This document shows positions 20,495 through 30,255 of a stretch of DNA of 64,000 nt, piece after piece. Under the pieces are notes generated by a model. The model worked only from the letters and a program-made list of their open reading frames with translations. It did not search any database and had not been told where the DNA came from. Numbering within the stretch: position 1 is the first letter of the stretch; every line of letters begins with the position of its first letter. Origin of the DNA: Spirochaetia bacterium (GTDB lineage Bacteria > Spirochaetota > Spirochaetia > DAHUYW01). A program made the translations under genes and the position numbers. The stretch is from contig JASHNV010000110.1 of the NCBI GenBank assembly GCA_030041455.1, forward strand, positions 5,724 to 69,723, given 5' to 3'.

Positions 20495-23168
20495 CTCCGC
20501 TCTGATTGCCCGACGCCCCGGAGCTCAAAGCCTCGAGCTCCCGCACGTACTCGGCGATCTTCGCCGAGCGCTCGCTGAACTCGGCGAGCTTGCCGCGTTC
20601 GCGCTCGACGACCTCCGCCGGGGCGTGACGCCTGAACGCCGCGTCGGCGAGCTTCTTCTCCGTTCCCGACTTCAGGACCGCGAGCTTCTCGGCCTCCTTG
20701 CGGAGCTTCGCCACCTCCCGCGGCACGTCGACGGCGTCCCTGATGTAGACGAAGCTCTCGAAGCCCTGTCCGGCGATCGGAATCGCGCCGCTCGAGTCGG
20801 GCCGCTCCTCGGAGAAGTCGAGGCGGTCGGTGTTCACGAGGAGCTCGACGAGGTCTCGGTGGGATTTGAAGAAGTCCGCCGAGCGGAAACCGGGATCGAG
20901 GCGCACGTGCAGGCGCACCCGTCGGTCGGGCGGGACGGCGAACTCGCTTCGCAGGGTTCTCGCCGAGCGGACGAGCTCCTTGAGCTCCTCGAACCTCGAG
21001 GCGAGATCGGGTTGGTCGAGCTCGTCGCGCGCCTGCGGATAGGCGGCGAGCGCGATGCTTCCGCTTCGGCCGGGCAGGCGCTGGTAGATCTCCTCGGTGA
21101 TGAAGGAGAGAAACGGATGCGCGAGCCTGAGCGCCTGGTCGAAGACGTGAAGGAGCACGGACACCGAGCGGTCGCGCTCGCTTTCCTCGGCGCCGCCGAG
21201 GGAGAGCTTCGACGCCTCGATGTACCAGTCGCAGAGGTCGTTCCAGAAGAACTCGTAGACCGCCTGCGCCGCGGCGTCGATACGGTAGCCGTCGAGCGAG
21301 CGCTCGACTGAGCGCACCGCCTGGTTCAGCCGGTGCAGGATCCAGCGGTCGAGGTCGCGGAGGGCGACGGCCTCGATCGGCTCGATTCTCCTGCCCTCCG
21401 CGTTCATGAGGAGATAGCGGGCGGCGTTCCAGATCTTGTTCGCGAACTTCGAGCCCAGTCTGAAGCTCTCGCGATCGATGAGGATGTCCTGCCCCTGGAC
21501 GGAGAGGTAGGCGAAGGAGAACTTCAGGGCGTCGGCGCCGAACTGGTCGACGATTTCGAGGGGGTCGATCCCGTTGCCGAGCGACTTCGACATCTTGCGG
21601 CCCTGGGTGTCGCGCACGAGCCCGGTGATGTAGACGTCCCGGAAGGGGACCTGTCCGGTGAACTCGAGGCTCGCCATGATCATCCGCGACACCCAGAAGA
21701 AAATGATGTCGTAGGCGGTCACGAGGGCGGTGGTCGGGAAAAAGGCTTCGAGATCGGGGGTCTTGTCGGGCCAACCGAGGGTCGAGAAGGGCCACAGCCA
21801 CGAGGAGAACCAGGTGTCGAGGACGTCCTCCTCCTGCCTGAGCGCGCCTCCGCACCTCGGGCACGACGCGGGGTCCGCGCGGGCGACCAGCGTCTCGCCG
21901 CAGGCGTCGCAGTACCAGACCGGGATGCGGTGCCCCCACCAGAGCTGCCGCGAGATGCACCAATCGCGGATGCCCTTCAGCCAGTGCGTGTAGGTGTTCT
22001 CCCAGCGCGCGGGGAAAAAACGCACCTCTCCGCGCTCCCAGGCCGCGTACGCCTTCTCGGCCATGCCCTTCATGCGCACGAACCACTGCTCGGAGAGAAA
22101 GGGCTCGACGACGGTCGCGCAGCGGTAGCAGTGGCCGACCTGGTGCGGGTGGTCCTCCTCGCGCACGAGGAGCCCCGCGGCCTTCAAGTCCTCGACGACC
22201 TTCGCGCGCGCGGCCCTGACGGCGAGGCCCCGGTAGGCCTCCGGCACGACCTCGTTCAGGGTCCCGTCGCGATTCAGAATGTTGATCCGCTCGAGGCCGT
22301 GTCGGTTGCCGAGCTCCCAGTCGTTCGGGTCGTGGGCGGGGGTCACCTTGACGGCGCCGGTCCCGAAGGCCATGTCCACGAAGGAATCGGCGACGATCTC
22401 GATCGTCCGAGCGGTGAGCGGAAGCCTCACGCGCCGCCCGACGAAGGCCGCGTAGCGCGCGTCGTCCGGATTCACCCCCACCGCGCTGTCGCCGAACAGC
22501 GTCTCCGGGCGCGTGGTGGCGACCTCGATCGCCCCTTGGCCCTCCGCGAAGGGATAGCGTATCCGGTACATCGTGCCCTTCACCTCCCGGTACTCGACCT
22601 CCTCGTCGGAGAGCGCCGTTCCGCAGGAGGGGCACCAGTTGACGAGGTAGTTCCCCCGGTAGATGAGCCCGCGCTCGTAGAGGCTCACGAACACCTCGCG
22701 CACCGCGCGCGAAAGACCCTCGTCGAGGGTGAAGCGCTCGCGCGTCCAGTCGCACGAGGCTCCGATTTTCTGCAGCTGCCTCACGATGGTGGCGTGGTGC
22801 TCGTTGGAGACCTTCCAGGTCTCCTCCACGAACCGCTCGCGCCCGAGCGCCTGCCGGGAGGTTCCCTCCTTCTTCAGCCGCCGTTCCACGACGTTCTGCG
22901 TCGCGATTCCGGCGTGGTCGGTGCCGGGAACCCAGAGCGTCCGCTCTCCCTTCATGCGATGGTAGCGCACGAGGAGATCCTGCATGGTGTTGTTGAGGCC
23001 GTGGCCGATGTGCAACACGCCCGTGACGTTCGGCGGCGGGATGACGACGACGAAGCGCTCCGCGCCGGTCTCCCGCGGGAGGAAGACGCGGTTGTCGAGC
23101 CAATAGGCGTAGATGCGGTCCTCGAAGGTCTTCGGATCGAAGGCCTTTGCCAGAGTCGTGTCGCTCAT
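20481..23168 (-). CDS. valS: Valyl-tRNA synthetase
   Basis: PPPNVTGVLHIGHG, KMSKSLGN and a C-terminal coiled coil. Start is taken at MSDTTLAK. The 3' end overlaps the ileS start by 14 nt. Confidence 0.9.
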   Translation of the reverse strand: MSDTTLAKAFDPKTFEDRIYAYWLDNRVFLPRETGAERFVVVIPPPNVTGVLHIGHGLNNTMQDLLVRYHRMKGERTLWVPGTDHAGIATQNVVERRLKKEGTSRQALGRERFVEETWKVSNEHHATIVRQLQKIGASCDWTRERFTLDEGLSRAVREVFVSLYERGLIYRGNYLVNWCPSCGTALSDEEVEYREVKGTMYRIRYPFAEGQGAIEVATTRPETLFGDSAVGVNPDDARYAAFVGRRVRLPLTARTIEIVADSFVDMAFGTGAVKVTPAHDPNDWELGNRHGLERINILNRDGTLNEVVPEAYRGLAVRAARAKVVEDLKAAGLLVREEDHPHQVGHCYRCATVVEPFLSEQWFVRMKGMAEKAYAAWERGEVRFFPARWENTYTHWLKGIRDWCISRQLWWGHRIPVWYCDACGETLVARADPASCPRCGGALRQEEDVLDTWFSSWLWPFSTLGWPDKTPDLEAFFPTTALVTAYDIIFFWVSRMIMASLEFTGQVPFRDVYITGLVRDTQGRKMSKSLGNGIDPLEIVDQFGADALKFSFAYLSVQGQDILIDRESFRLGSKFANKIWNAARYLLMNAEGRRIEPIEAVALRDLDRWILHRLNQAVRSVERSLDGYRIDAAAQAVYEFFWNDLCDWYIEASKLSLGGAEESERDRSVSVLLHVFDQALRLAHPFLSFITEEIYQRLPGRSGSIALAAYPQARDELDQPDLASRFEELKELVRSARTLRSEFAVPPDRRVRLHVRLDPGFRSADFFKSHRDLVELLVNTDRLDFSEERPDSSGAIPIAGQGFESFVYIRDAVDVPREVAKLRKEAEKLAVLKSGTEKKLADAAFRRHAPAEVVERERGKLAEFSERSAKIAEYVRELEALSSGASGNQSGGERV

Positions 23169-23276
23169 TCGTGCGCTCCCGGAGCCCAAGTTCGTGGAAT
23201 GATCGTAACAAAATTACGCTCACGCGGCAAGGAAGTGACACCCGCGCGCGCGCCGTGGTAGACTCGGCGCGACATC

Positions 23277-24017
23277 ATGCGCAAGCTAGCTTGCACGCTC
23301 GCGTTCGTCGGCGGAGCCGCACTCGCGCTCGCCGCGGCGCAGGCGCCGCCCTCCGCCGCGGCGAGCTTCCCCGATCTCGCCGGCATGAGCCTCCAGGACC
23401 GCCGGAGCGCCCTCGCCGCCTCGATCGGCGCCGAGGGAGGGGTGGACGCGCGCGTCTTGGACGCCGTGAGGCTCATTCCGCGCGAGGAGTTCCTCCCGCC
23501 CTACCTAAGGGCGCTCGCCTACGAGGACTCGAGCCTTCCCTTAGGCGGCGGCGGGCTGCTCCCGTCGCCCTCCGACCTCGTGCGCATCGCGGAGGCCTTC
23601 GCGTTCACCGCCTCCGACAAGCTCCTCATCTACGGGCTCGACACCGGCTATGCCGCGGCGCTCTTCAGCCGTCTCGCCGCGAGGGTCTGGGACATCGAGC
23701 TCGTCGCGGCGAAACGCCTGAGCGACGAGCGGGTGTTCTCGTCGGTCGGGATACGGAACGTCGCCTACGCCGTCGGGAGCGATCCGGGCGCGTTCGCCTC
23801 GGCGGGACCTTTCGACAAGATCCTCGTCCACGGAGCAGTCGAGGAGATCCCGCCTGGTCTCCTCGCGCAGCTGAAGCCCGGAGGCGAGCTCATCGCGCCG
23901 CTTCTCGACGCCTCGGGCTTCCAGATGCTCGTGATGGTCCAGGGCGCGGGAGCCTCGCTCTCGGTCCGATCGGTGGGGAAATGCTTCTTTCCGGTGATCG
24001 CGCATGCGGGCTCGTAG
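23277..24017 (+). CDS. Protein-L-isoaspartate O-methyltransferase (Pcm)-like protein with signal peptide
   Basis: Pcm-like block VLDAVRLIPREEFLPPYLRALAYEDSSLPLGGG. N-terminal signal peptide MRKLACTLAFVGGAALALAAAQA. The SAM motif is degenerate (GLDTGYAA). Promoter-like GTGGTAGACTCGGCG upstream. Confidence 0.5.
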   Translation: MRKLACTLAFVGGAALALAAAQAPPSAAASFPDLAGMSLQDRRSALAASIGAEGGVDARVLDAVRLIPREEFLPPYLRALAYEDSSLPLGGGGLLPSPSDLVRIAEAFAFTASDKLLIYGLDTGYAAALFSRLAARVWDIELVAAKRLSDERVFSSVGIRNVAYAVGSDPGAFASAGPFDKILVHGAVEEIPPGLLAQLKPGGELIAPLLDASGFQMLVMVQGAGASLSVRSVGKCFFPVIAHAGS

Positions 24018-24045
24018 CGCGGCCCGAAACGCGCGCTCGTGACGG

Positions 24046-25284
24046 CTAGGTGGCGGCCTTCATCGTGCCCTGCTTGCGGGCCTTCTCGATCTTCTCCATC
24101 TTCCTGAAGTAGCCCGCCTGCTTCTCGATCTCCTGCACGTCGGTGACGTGGATCTTGTTGTCGGCGATCTTCACCTTGGTGTTCTCGAAGAGCTTGTGGA
24201 GGATCGCGTTGCCCTCGCTCTTCGTGAGGCCCACGAGATTGATGAGCTCCTTGGGGCCGAAATCGAAGGTGTAGGACTCTCCGGGGTTCATCGGGACCCG
24301 CACCTTCTCGAGCTGGATCAGGAGCGCGTCGTAGAGGCGGCCGAGGGGGTTCGTGAGCTGGGTGTTCGCGAGCTGCTTGTAGATGAACCAGATGCGCTCG
24401 GAGAGGAGCTGGGTGAGGCGGGTGATGATCTGCGGCTGCGTCGAAACCATGCGGCTGAAGTTCACCTTGTTGACCGCGAGGAGCACCGAGTCCTCGTAGG
24501 CGATCGCGGAGGCCGACCGGGGCTTGTCCTCGAGGATCGACATCTCGCCGAAGATGTCTCCGGGCTTCAGGAGCGCGAGGAGCACCTCGTTGTCGTTCAC
24601 GATCTTCGTGATCTTCACCGCGCCCTTCTGGATGATGTAGAGCTCCTGGCCGGGCTGGCTCTCGCTGAAGATCATGTTGTCCTTCGGGTAGGTGCGCGTG
24701 AAGTTCTCGTTGTCGACCTCGAGGTAGACCGCCTTCGCGTAGGGCTGGATCTTCGCGATGCGCTCCCGGGCGAGCTGGACGTTCTCCCCTCCGGGCACGT
24801 TCTTCACGTACTGGTGGTAGGCGTAGAAGGCCTGGTTGTACTGGCTTTGGCGGGCGTAGTACTCCGCGACTTTGAAGAGGTGGGACGGGTCGTCGCTTGC
24901 CGCGCTCTTCAGCGTGATGCGCGTCAGGGCCTCGTCGAGGTAGCGCATCTTCTTCGAGAACTGCTGGATAATCTTCATGGCGACCGGCGCGTTCTTTTCG
25001 ATGAGGAGGCCGAACTGGTCGCGATGGACGGAGATGAGCGAGACATCCGACACGGCCTGGGCGGTCTCGATGTGGCTGTGGGACGACATCGTCGAGACGA
25101 CGCCGAAAAAGTCGCCCGGGGCGAGCAGGTTGCCTCCCTCCTCCTCGACAACCTCCAGCTCCTTGCTGATCCGCACGTTGCCGCCGCGAAGGATGAAGAA
25201 GTAGTCGGCTTTCTGTTTACCCTCTACGATGATGTACGACGCCTTCTTGAAGTTCACGAGCGAAAGCTGTAGAGGATTGTTCAC
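24046..25284 (-). CDS. Tandem cyclic-nucleotide-binding (CAP-effector type) domain protein
   Basis: Two cNMP-binding beta-barrel signatures (GDFFGVVS…, GDIFGEMSIL…). GC ~55% versus ~70% in flanking genes. AT-rich promoter region at 25285-25448. Confidence 0.7.
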   Translation of the reverse strand: MNNPLQLSLVNFKKASYIIVEGKQKADYFFILRGGNVRISKELEVVEEEGGNLLAPGDFFGVVSTMSSHSHIETAQAVSDVSLISVHRDQFGLLIEKNAPVAMKIIQQFSKKMRYLDEALTRITLKSAASDDPSHLFKVAEYYARQSQYNQAFYAYHQYVKNVPGGENVQLARERIAKIQPYAKAVYLEVDNENFTRTYPKDNMIFSESQPGQELYIIQKGAVKITKIVNDNEVLLALLKPGDIFGEMSILEDKPRSASAIAYEDSVLLAVNKVNFSRMVSTQPQIITRLTQLLSERIWFIYKQLANTQLTNPLGRLYDALLIQLEKVRVPMNPGESYTFDFGPKELINLVGLTKSEGNAILHKLFENTKVKIADNKIHVTDVQEIEKQAGYFRKMEKIEKARKQGTMKAAT

Positions 25285-25448
25285 GTTGTTGGTTTCCAGC
25301 TTAGACCGCCTTTTTCACAGTATATGAGTCCGCGCCTTCCTTTGTCAACGCTCCGCCGTTTTACAATAGTATACTATGGGTCAGGAGAATTTCGGCCGTT
25401 TTCGGGCGTTTGTTCAGGAAAACGCGCCGGGCAAGGCTCCGTGGTCTC

Positions 25449-27146
25449 TCACCACCAGTCGATGATCTGCACGTCCTGCCAGAACGAGGAATAGCTCCGG
25501 ACCCCGGAGGAGGCCTCCTCGTGAATCGTCTGGAGGGAGAACATGCGGTCCTTGCGCACGGTCTTGCCGTTCGGATCGAGCGGCTGGACATCGATGACTC
25601 CGCGCGAGAACGCGATGTGCTGGTTGTCGATGTTGCCGAAGTAGTAGGTGCGCGGATCCTGAACGGTCGGGAAATCGCCGAACTTCGCCCCTGAGCCGAG
25701 GGTCGGATCGACCGGGACCCAGCCGAACCCGGGAAGATAGAACTCGTCCCAGTAGTGGCGGACGGTTTGCTTGTCGCCGTAGACGAGGTAGCCGGCGACG
25801 GGCCGCGTCGGAACTCCGACGCTTCGGGCGAAGGCGGCAAAGAGGAGCGCGTAGGCGTAGGAGTCGGCGCTCCCGCTCTGGAGGCTGTCGAGCGGAGCCG
25901 CGGCGCTCGGCGCCGCGGAAAAGGCGAGCCTGCCGAGAAGCGCGAGGTAGAGGTCCTGCGCCTTCAGGTACGGGTTCGACTCGCTTCCCACCGCGGCGGC
26001 CGCGGCGGCGACGACCGACGGATCGTCGGAGGGCACGAGCGCGTCGGGGCTCGTGTAGCGCTTGTAGAGCTCGCTTCCCGTGTCGTAGGCCGCGGAGACT
26101 TTGGACGGGTCGATCTGGGTCTCGTGCGCGTAGCGGTCGAAGTAGTAGGTGATGCCGATCGAATAGGTGGAGCTCGGATTCATCTGCTCGAAGCGGTAGC
26201 GCATGATCCCGCGGGGGTCTTCCCGCAGCGGCTGCGGATCGAGGACCTTCTGCACGTTGCGCTGCTCGAGGTTGTCGGCGAGAGCGGGCATCCAGACGTC
26301 GATCGTCCCGTCGGGGTCGGCGTCGACGCTGCCGATCTGCATGCCGTAGCGGATCTGGTAGCCGCGCTTGTCGGTAAAGGTCTCGCTTCCCACCGGCGAA
26401 GCGACCTCGAAGTACTGCGCGTTGCTCGTCCCGGCCTCGGTCTGCACGGTCACGTTGCCGCTCGCCGCGCCGTCGGGGACGTAGAGGTCGATCTCGGTGT
26501 CGGACCAGTTGACGTAGCCGAAGTCGCACTCGCAGCCCGCGAAACGCTCCTGCTGGACCCCCGCCGCCCCGGAGTCCCCGCTCGCCTCGCCGCTCCCCGC
26601 CCCGGCGGCGGAAATGGGGGTGAAGTAGACCCTGCTCTGGGCGCGCGTCGCGCCGAACCCCTGGCCCTTCAGCGCGATCAGGGTGCCCACCGTTCCGGAG
26701 GAGGGGCTGATGCCCTGGAGGAACGGCTGGCCGGGCTGCGCCTGGCCTGAGAGAACGACGGGGATCGTGTTCCGATTCGTGAAGAGCTTCCCGTTGCTCC
26801 GCTCGCCGCCCTTCGCGACGAAGACGAAGCCCGAGTCGACCTCGTCGGGCACGCGAACGCTGATGCGCCGGTCGGTCCACTCGAGGTAGGAGGAGATCGA
26901 AGGCCGGACCCCCGCGATGAGGACCTCCGAGCTGCCCCGGCGCGCGCCGAAGAAGCTCCCCCGGATCAAGAGAACCGTTCCCGGATAGCCGACGTCGGGG
27001 CTGATGCTCTCGATCACCGGCGGGCGGTTGGAGAAGTGCATGCTCACGAGGAGCACGAGCACGAGGGCGAGGAACGCGACGACCGGCGGGAAGGCGTCGT
27101 GCCTCCTCAGCAGCGCGAATCGCGGCAGGAGCGATTTGGCGTCCAT
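25449..27146 (-). CDS. Membrane-anchored IPT/TIG-repeat protein with C-terminal transglutaminase-like domain (catalytic Cys apparently replaced by Ser)
   Basis: N-terminal TM helix. Two IPT/TIG-like segments (VIESISPDVGYPGTVLLIRGSFFG; PFLQGISPSSGTVGTLIALKGQGFG). The C-terminus aligns to the bacterial transglutaminase core (ADSYAYALLFAAFARSVGVPTR … RHYWDEFYLPGFGWVPVDPT). Confidence 0.6.
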   Translation of the reverse strand: MDAKSLLPRFALLRRHDAFPPVVAFLALVLVLLVSMHFSNRPPVIESISPDVGYPGTVLLIRGSFFGARRGSSEVLIAGVRPSISSYLEWTDRRISVRVPDEVDSGFVFVAKGGERSNGKLFTNRNTIPVVLSGQAQPGQPFLQGISPSSGTVGTLIALKGQGFGATRAQSRVYFTPISAAGAGSGEASGDSGAAGVQQERFAGCECDFGYVNWSDTEIDLYVPDGAASGNVTVQTEAGTSNAQYFEVASPVGSETFTDKRGYQIRYGMQIGSVDADPDGTIDVWMPALADNLEQRNVQKVLDPQPLREDPRGIMRYRFEQMNPSSTYSIGITYYFDRYAHETQIDPSKVSAAYDTGSELYKRYTSPDALVPSDDPSVVAAAAAAVGSESNPYLKAQDLYLALLGRLAFSAAPSAAAPLDSLQSGSADSYAYALLFAAFARSVGVPTRPVAGYLVYGDKQTVRHYWDEFYLPGFGWVPVDPTLGSGAKFGDFPTVQDPRTYYFGNIDNQHIAFSRGVIDVQPLDPNGKTVRKDRMFSLQTIHEEASSGVRSYSSFWQDVQIIDWW

Positions 27147-27152
27147 TCCGCG

Positions 27153-27689
27153 CTATTTGCCGCCGGGGTCGGGAGGATCGGGAGGGGTCGCGCTCGAGCT
27201 CTTGTTCGCCACGCTGTAGGGCGTCACCTGGATCTGCAGCTCGAGATTGTAGACGTTCGCCTTTTGATCGACCGCCATGCCGAACGGGAAGAAAATCACC
27301 TTCTCCCCCGGCGTGATCGGGAGGCTCTTCATGGTGCTGTAGTACTTGAAGCCCTTGTTGTCGGCGGTCGGCGTCCAGATCTGGCCGAGCGCCACGAGGA
27401 GAATCGTGTTGTCGTTATTGAGGTAGGGAATGAGGTGAGCGAGAACGAGGACGTTGTCGCCTTCCAGCCGCACCTGCACGGCCCGCCCCGAGATGGTGAC
27501 CTTCGTGCTCTCCATGTGCCAGACAGTCTGGTGGTTCGGCTCGATGACCCGCGCGACGATGTTGACCTGGAGGGCGTCGGCCCGAAGAAAGTCGAGGGGG
27601 CTCGCCTTCTTCGTCTCGGAGCCGTCCGCCGAGGCGACGTAGGCGCCGATGAGGAACATCAGCAATGCGGCTGTCAAAGCCCTTCTCAC
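27153..27689 (-). CDS. Secreted protein of unknown function
   Basis: 178 aa with signal peptide MRRALTAALLMFLIGAYVASA and a Pro/Asp-rich C-terminal tail. Sits between the anti-sigma gene and the TIG/transglutaminase-like gene with 7-8 nt gaps. Confidence 0.45.
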   Translation of the reverse strand: MRRALTAALLMFLIGAYVASADGSETKKASPLDFLRADALQVNIVARVIEPNHQTVWHMESTKVTISGRAVQVRLEGDNVLVLAHLIPYLNNDNTILLVALGQIWTPTADNKGFKYYSTMKSLPITPGEKVIFFPFGMAVDQKANVYNLELQIQVTPYSVANKSSSATPPDPPDPGGK

Positions 27690-27696
27690 CGCTCCC

Positions 27697-28239
27697 TCAC
27701 TTGCTGTCGGATGCGCGCAGAAGCTGGGGCTGTCCGGTGGACATCTGGCTGATGTTCTTGGGAAGCTGGATGATGACGTTGTCGCCGAGGTCCTGGGAGT
27801 TGAGATAGTCGATGATGTCGTTCAGGTTGCTCACCCGAACGTTCATCGGCGCGGTCTGCAGCCCGAACGACGACGTGTCGGCGACCGACTGCTCGACGCT
27901 CTCGGAGGCCGGCTGGTGCACGAAGATGCCTAGCCCGATGACGGCGACGAACGCCGCCGCCGCGGCGGCGACGATCGGGAGGGGAATCGACAGCCGCCTC
28001 CGCCACAGGCTGATGACCGGGTGCCTCATGTGCGCCTGAATGACCTGCCAGCTTCGCGCCTGACTCTCGGCGAGGTCGGGCACGGGCGCGGAGGCGAGGT
28101 CGCCGCTGATCCCCGCGTAGACGCCGAGCTTCTCGCTGCAGCTCGCGCAGCCTGAGAGGTGCTCCTCGATCCTCCGCCGCCAAACCGGATCGAGCTCCTC
28201 ATCGTAGTAAGCAGAGAGAAGCTGCTGGTCAGGACACAT
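27697..28239 (-). CDS. Zinc-finger (ZAS-type) anti-sigma factor with TM helix
   Basis: HLSGCASC (HxxxCxxC) motif and a single TM helix (IPLPIVAAAAAAFVAVIGLGIF). Overlaps the sigma gene 3' end by 11 nt. Start is taken at MCPDQQ. Confidence 0.55.
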   Translation of the reverse strand: MCPDQQLLSAYYDEELDPVWRRRIEEHLSGCASCSEKLGVYAGISGDLASAPVPDLAESQARSWQVIQAHMRHPVISLWRRRLSIPLPIVAAAAAAFVAVIGLGIFVHQPASESVEQSVADTSSFGLQTAPMNVRVSNLNDIIDYLNSQDLGDNVIIQLPKNISQMSTGQPQLLRASDSK

Positions 28240-28753
28240 ACACTTCCTCCTCATCGATGAGCTTGCTCAGCTGCTCCCGGGCTCGAAAGACTCGGACTTT
28301 GACGTTCCCTTCCGTGATTTTCAGAATACCAGCTATTTCCTTGTAGTTCAATCCGCCGTACTCCCTCAAAACGAGCACCGTCCGCAGCTTATGGGGAAGC
28401 TTGTAGAGGGCGCCCTTCACGATCTCAAAGGTCTCCTTCTTCATAACCTCGACTTCGCCCGAATCAATCTCACGCTGCGGCTCCTTGAGAACGCGCTCAT
28501 GCGCCCGCTTCTCCCTGCCTTTGCGCTTCTCGTGGTTAAAGGACAGATTCTTCACGACGCGGATGAGCCAGTACTTCGCCTGATCGACGCTCGGGAAGGG
28601 GATTTCGCGCTGATAGTACCGTATGAACGCTTCCTGGCACAAATCCTCCGCGACCGCCATATCGCCGGTGATGTGGAAGGTGACCCGAATGAGGATCGGG
28701 TACACGGTCTTGTAGACTCGCTCAAAGGACTCTTGTCCGCCTTCTGTACTCAT
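28229..28753 (-). CDS. RNA polymerase sigma factor, ECF (sigma-70 group 4) family
   Basis: Region-2 and region-4 signatures (…YWLIRVVKNL…, LVLREYGGLNYKEIAGILKITEGNVKVRVFRAREQL). Confidence 0.75.
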   Translation of the reverse strand: MSTEGGQESFERVYKTVYPILIRVTFHITGDMAVAEDLCQEAFIRYYQREIPFPSVDQAKYWLIRVVKNLSFNHEKRKGREKRAHERVLKEPQREIDSGEVEVMKKETFEIVKGALYKLPHKLRTVLVLREYGGLNYKEIAGILKITEGNVKVRVFRAREQLSKLIDEEEVYVS

Positions 28754-28788
28754 GAGGCAAACAACGGCCCTTCGGATACGTTACACAT

Positions 28789-30201
28789 CTACTTTACCCG
28801 GCTCCATTTCGTTCCCTGGGGGGTGTCCTCGACCGCAATCCCCTGCGAGCGCAGCCGTTCGCGGATGGCGTCCGCGCGGGCGTAATCGCCCTCCTTGCGG
28901 CTGCGCTCGCGCTCGCGCACGAGGTCGAGCGTCCCCTGATCGACCTCCGAGGCGGATTCCGCCGGCTCCTCGGAGAGGTCGAGCCCGAGCACCCGGTTCA
29001 TCTCGAACGCGGCCGCGAGCTTCTCGCCCGCCCTCACCCCGGAGTCCTTGAGAAGCCCCCAGAGCGCCGAGAGCGCCCGCGGCGAGCCGAGATCGAGGGC
29101 GATCGCGCCGCGAAACTCGTCGAGATAGCCGCGCGAGCGCTCCGAAAGGCCCTCGCTCGCCGCGGGCTCCGCCTCCTCGCGCAGGCGCGACATGCGCTCG
29201 GCAAGGCCCCTCCGGGCGTTCCGCGCCGCCTCAAGCGCCTCGTCTGAGAACTGGAGCTGGCTGCGATAGTGGGCGCCGAGGCAGAAGTAGCGATAGTCCG
29301 CGGGCTCGACGCCGCGCTCGGCGAGATCCGAGAGCGTGACGAAGCGCCCGGAGGAGCGGGCCATCTTCGCCCGGTCGAGGAGGAGAAACTCCCCGTGAAT
29401 CCAGTAGCTCACCCACTTCGCTCCGGTGGCGCCCTCCGACTGCGCGATCTCGTTCGTGTGGTGGACCGGGATGTGGTCGACGCCGCCGCAGTGGATGTCG
29501 AAGCGCTCGCCGAGATACTTCATGCTCATCGCGCTGCACTCGAGGTGCCAGCCCGGGTAGCCCCTCCCCCACGGGCTGTCCCACTGCATCGCCTGGTGCT
29601 CGAACTTGGAGCTCGTGAACCAGAGCGCGAAGTCGCGCGGGTTGCGCTTGTTCGCGTCGATCTCCACGCGCGCGCCGGCCTGGAGCTCCTGGCGGTCGAG
29701 GAGCGCCATCCGGCCGTACTCGGGGAACCTTGAGATGTCGTAGTAGAGGTTGCCGCCCGCGCGGTAGGTGAGACCGCGCTCCTCGAGGCGGCCGGCGAGG
29801 GCGATCATCTCCGGAATATGGTCGGTGGCGCGGCAGACCACCGTGGGCCGCTCGATGCCGAGGAGCTCGATATCGCGGAAAAAGGCCGCCGTGTACATCT
29901 CGGCGATCTCCCACACGGATCTTCCCCTCTCGCGCGCGCTCTTGACGATCTTGTCCTCTCCCGAGTCGCCGTCGTCGGTGAGATGGCCGACGTCGGTGAC
30001 GTTCATGACGTGCGTCACGTCGTAGCCGGCGTACTCGAGCGCACGCCTCAAGAGATCCTCGAAGATGTACGTCCGCAAATTGCCGATGTGGCTGAAATTG
30101 TACACCGTCGGGCCGCACGTGTACATGCCGACTCGTCCCGGAACGAGGGGCTTGAACTCCTGAATCGTCCTGCCGTCGGTGTTGAATAGTTGTACGACCA
30201 C
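28789..30201 (-). CDS. cysS: Cysteinyl-tRNA synthetase
   Basis: [20 protein letters not shown] (HIGH-type motif), KMARSSG (KMSKS variant), and the Zn-binding Cys/His residues. Confidence 0.9.
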   Translation of the reverse strand: MVVQLFNTDGRTIQEFKPLVPGRVGMYTCGPTVYNFSHIGNLRTYIFEDLLRRALEYAGYDVTHVMNVTDVGHLTDDGDSGEDKIVKSARERGRSVWEIAEMYTAAFFRDIELLGIERPTVVCRATDHIPEMIALAGRLEERGLTYRAGGNLYYDISRFPEYGRMALLDRQELQAGARVEIDANKRNPRDFALWFTSSKFEHQAMQWDSPWGRGYPGWHLECSAMSMKYLGERFDIHCGGVDHIPVHHTNEIAQSEGATGAKWVSYWIHGEFLLLDRAKMARSSGRFVTLSDLAERGVEPADYRYFCLGAHYRSQLQFSDEALEAARNARRGLAERMSRLREEAEPAASEGLSERSRGYLDEFRGAIALDLGSPRALSALWGLLKDSGVRAGEKLAAAFEMNRVLGLDLSEEPAESASEVDQGTLDLVRERERSRKEGDYARADAIRERLRSQGIAVEDTPQGTKWSRVK

Positions 30202-30255
30202 CGAGAAGGGCCCCTCCCGTAGAAAGTATGCACCGTTCGAAGTAAGATCGACCGC

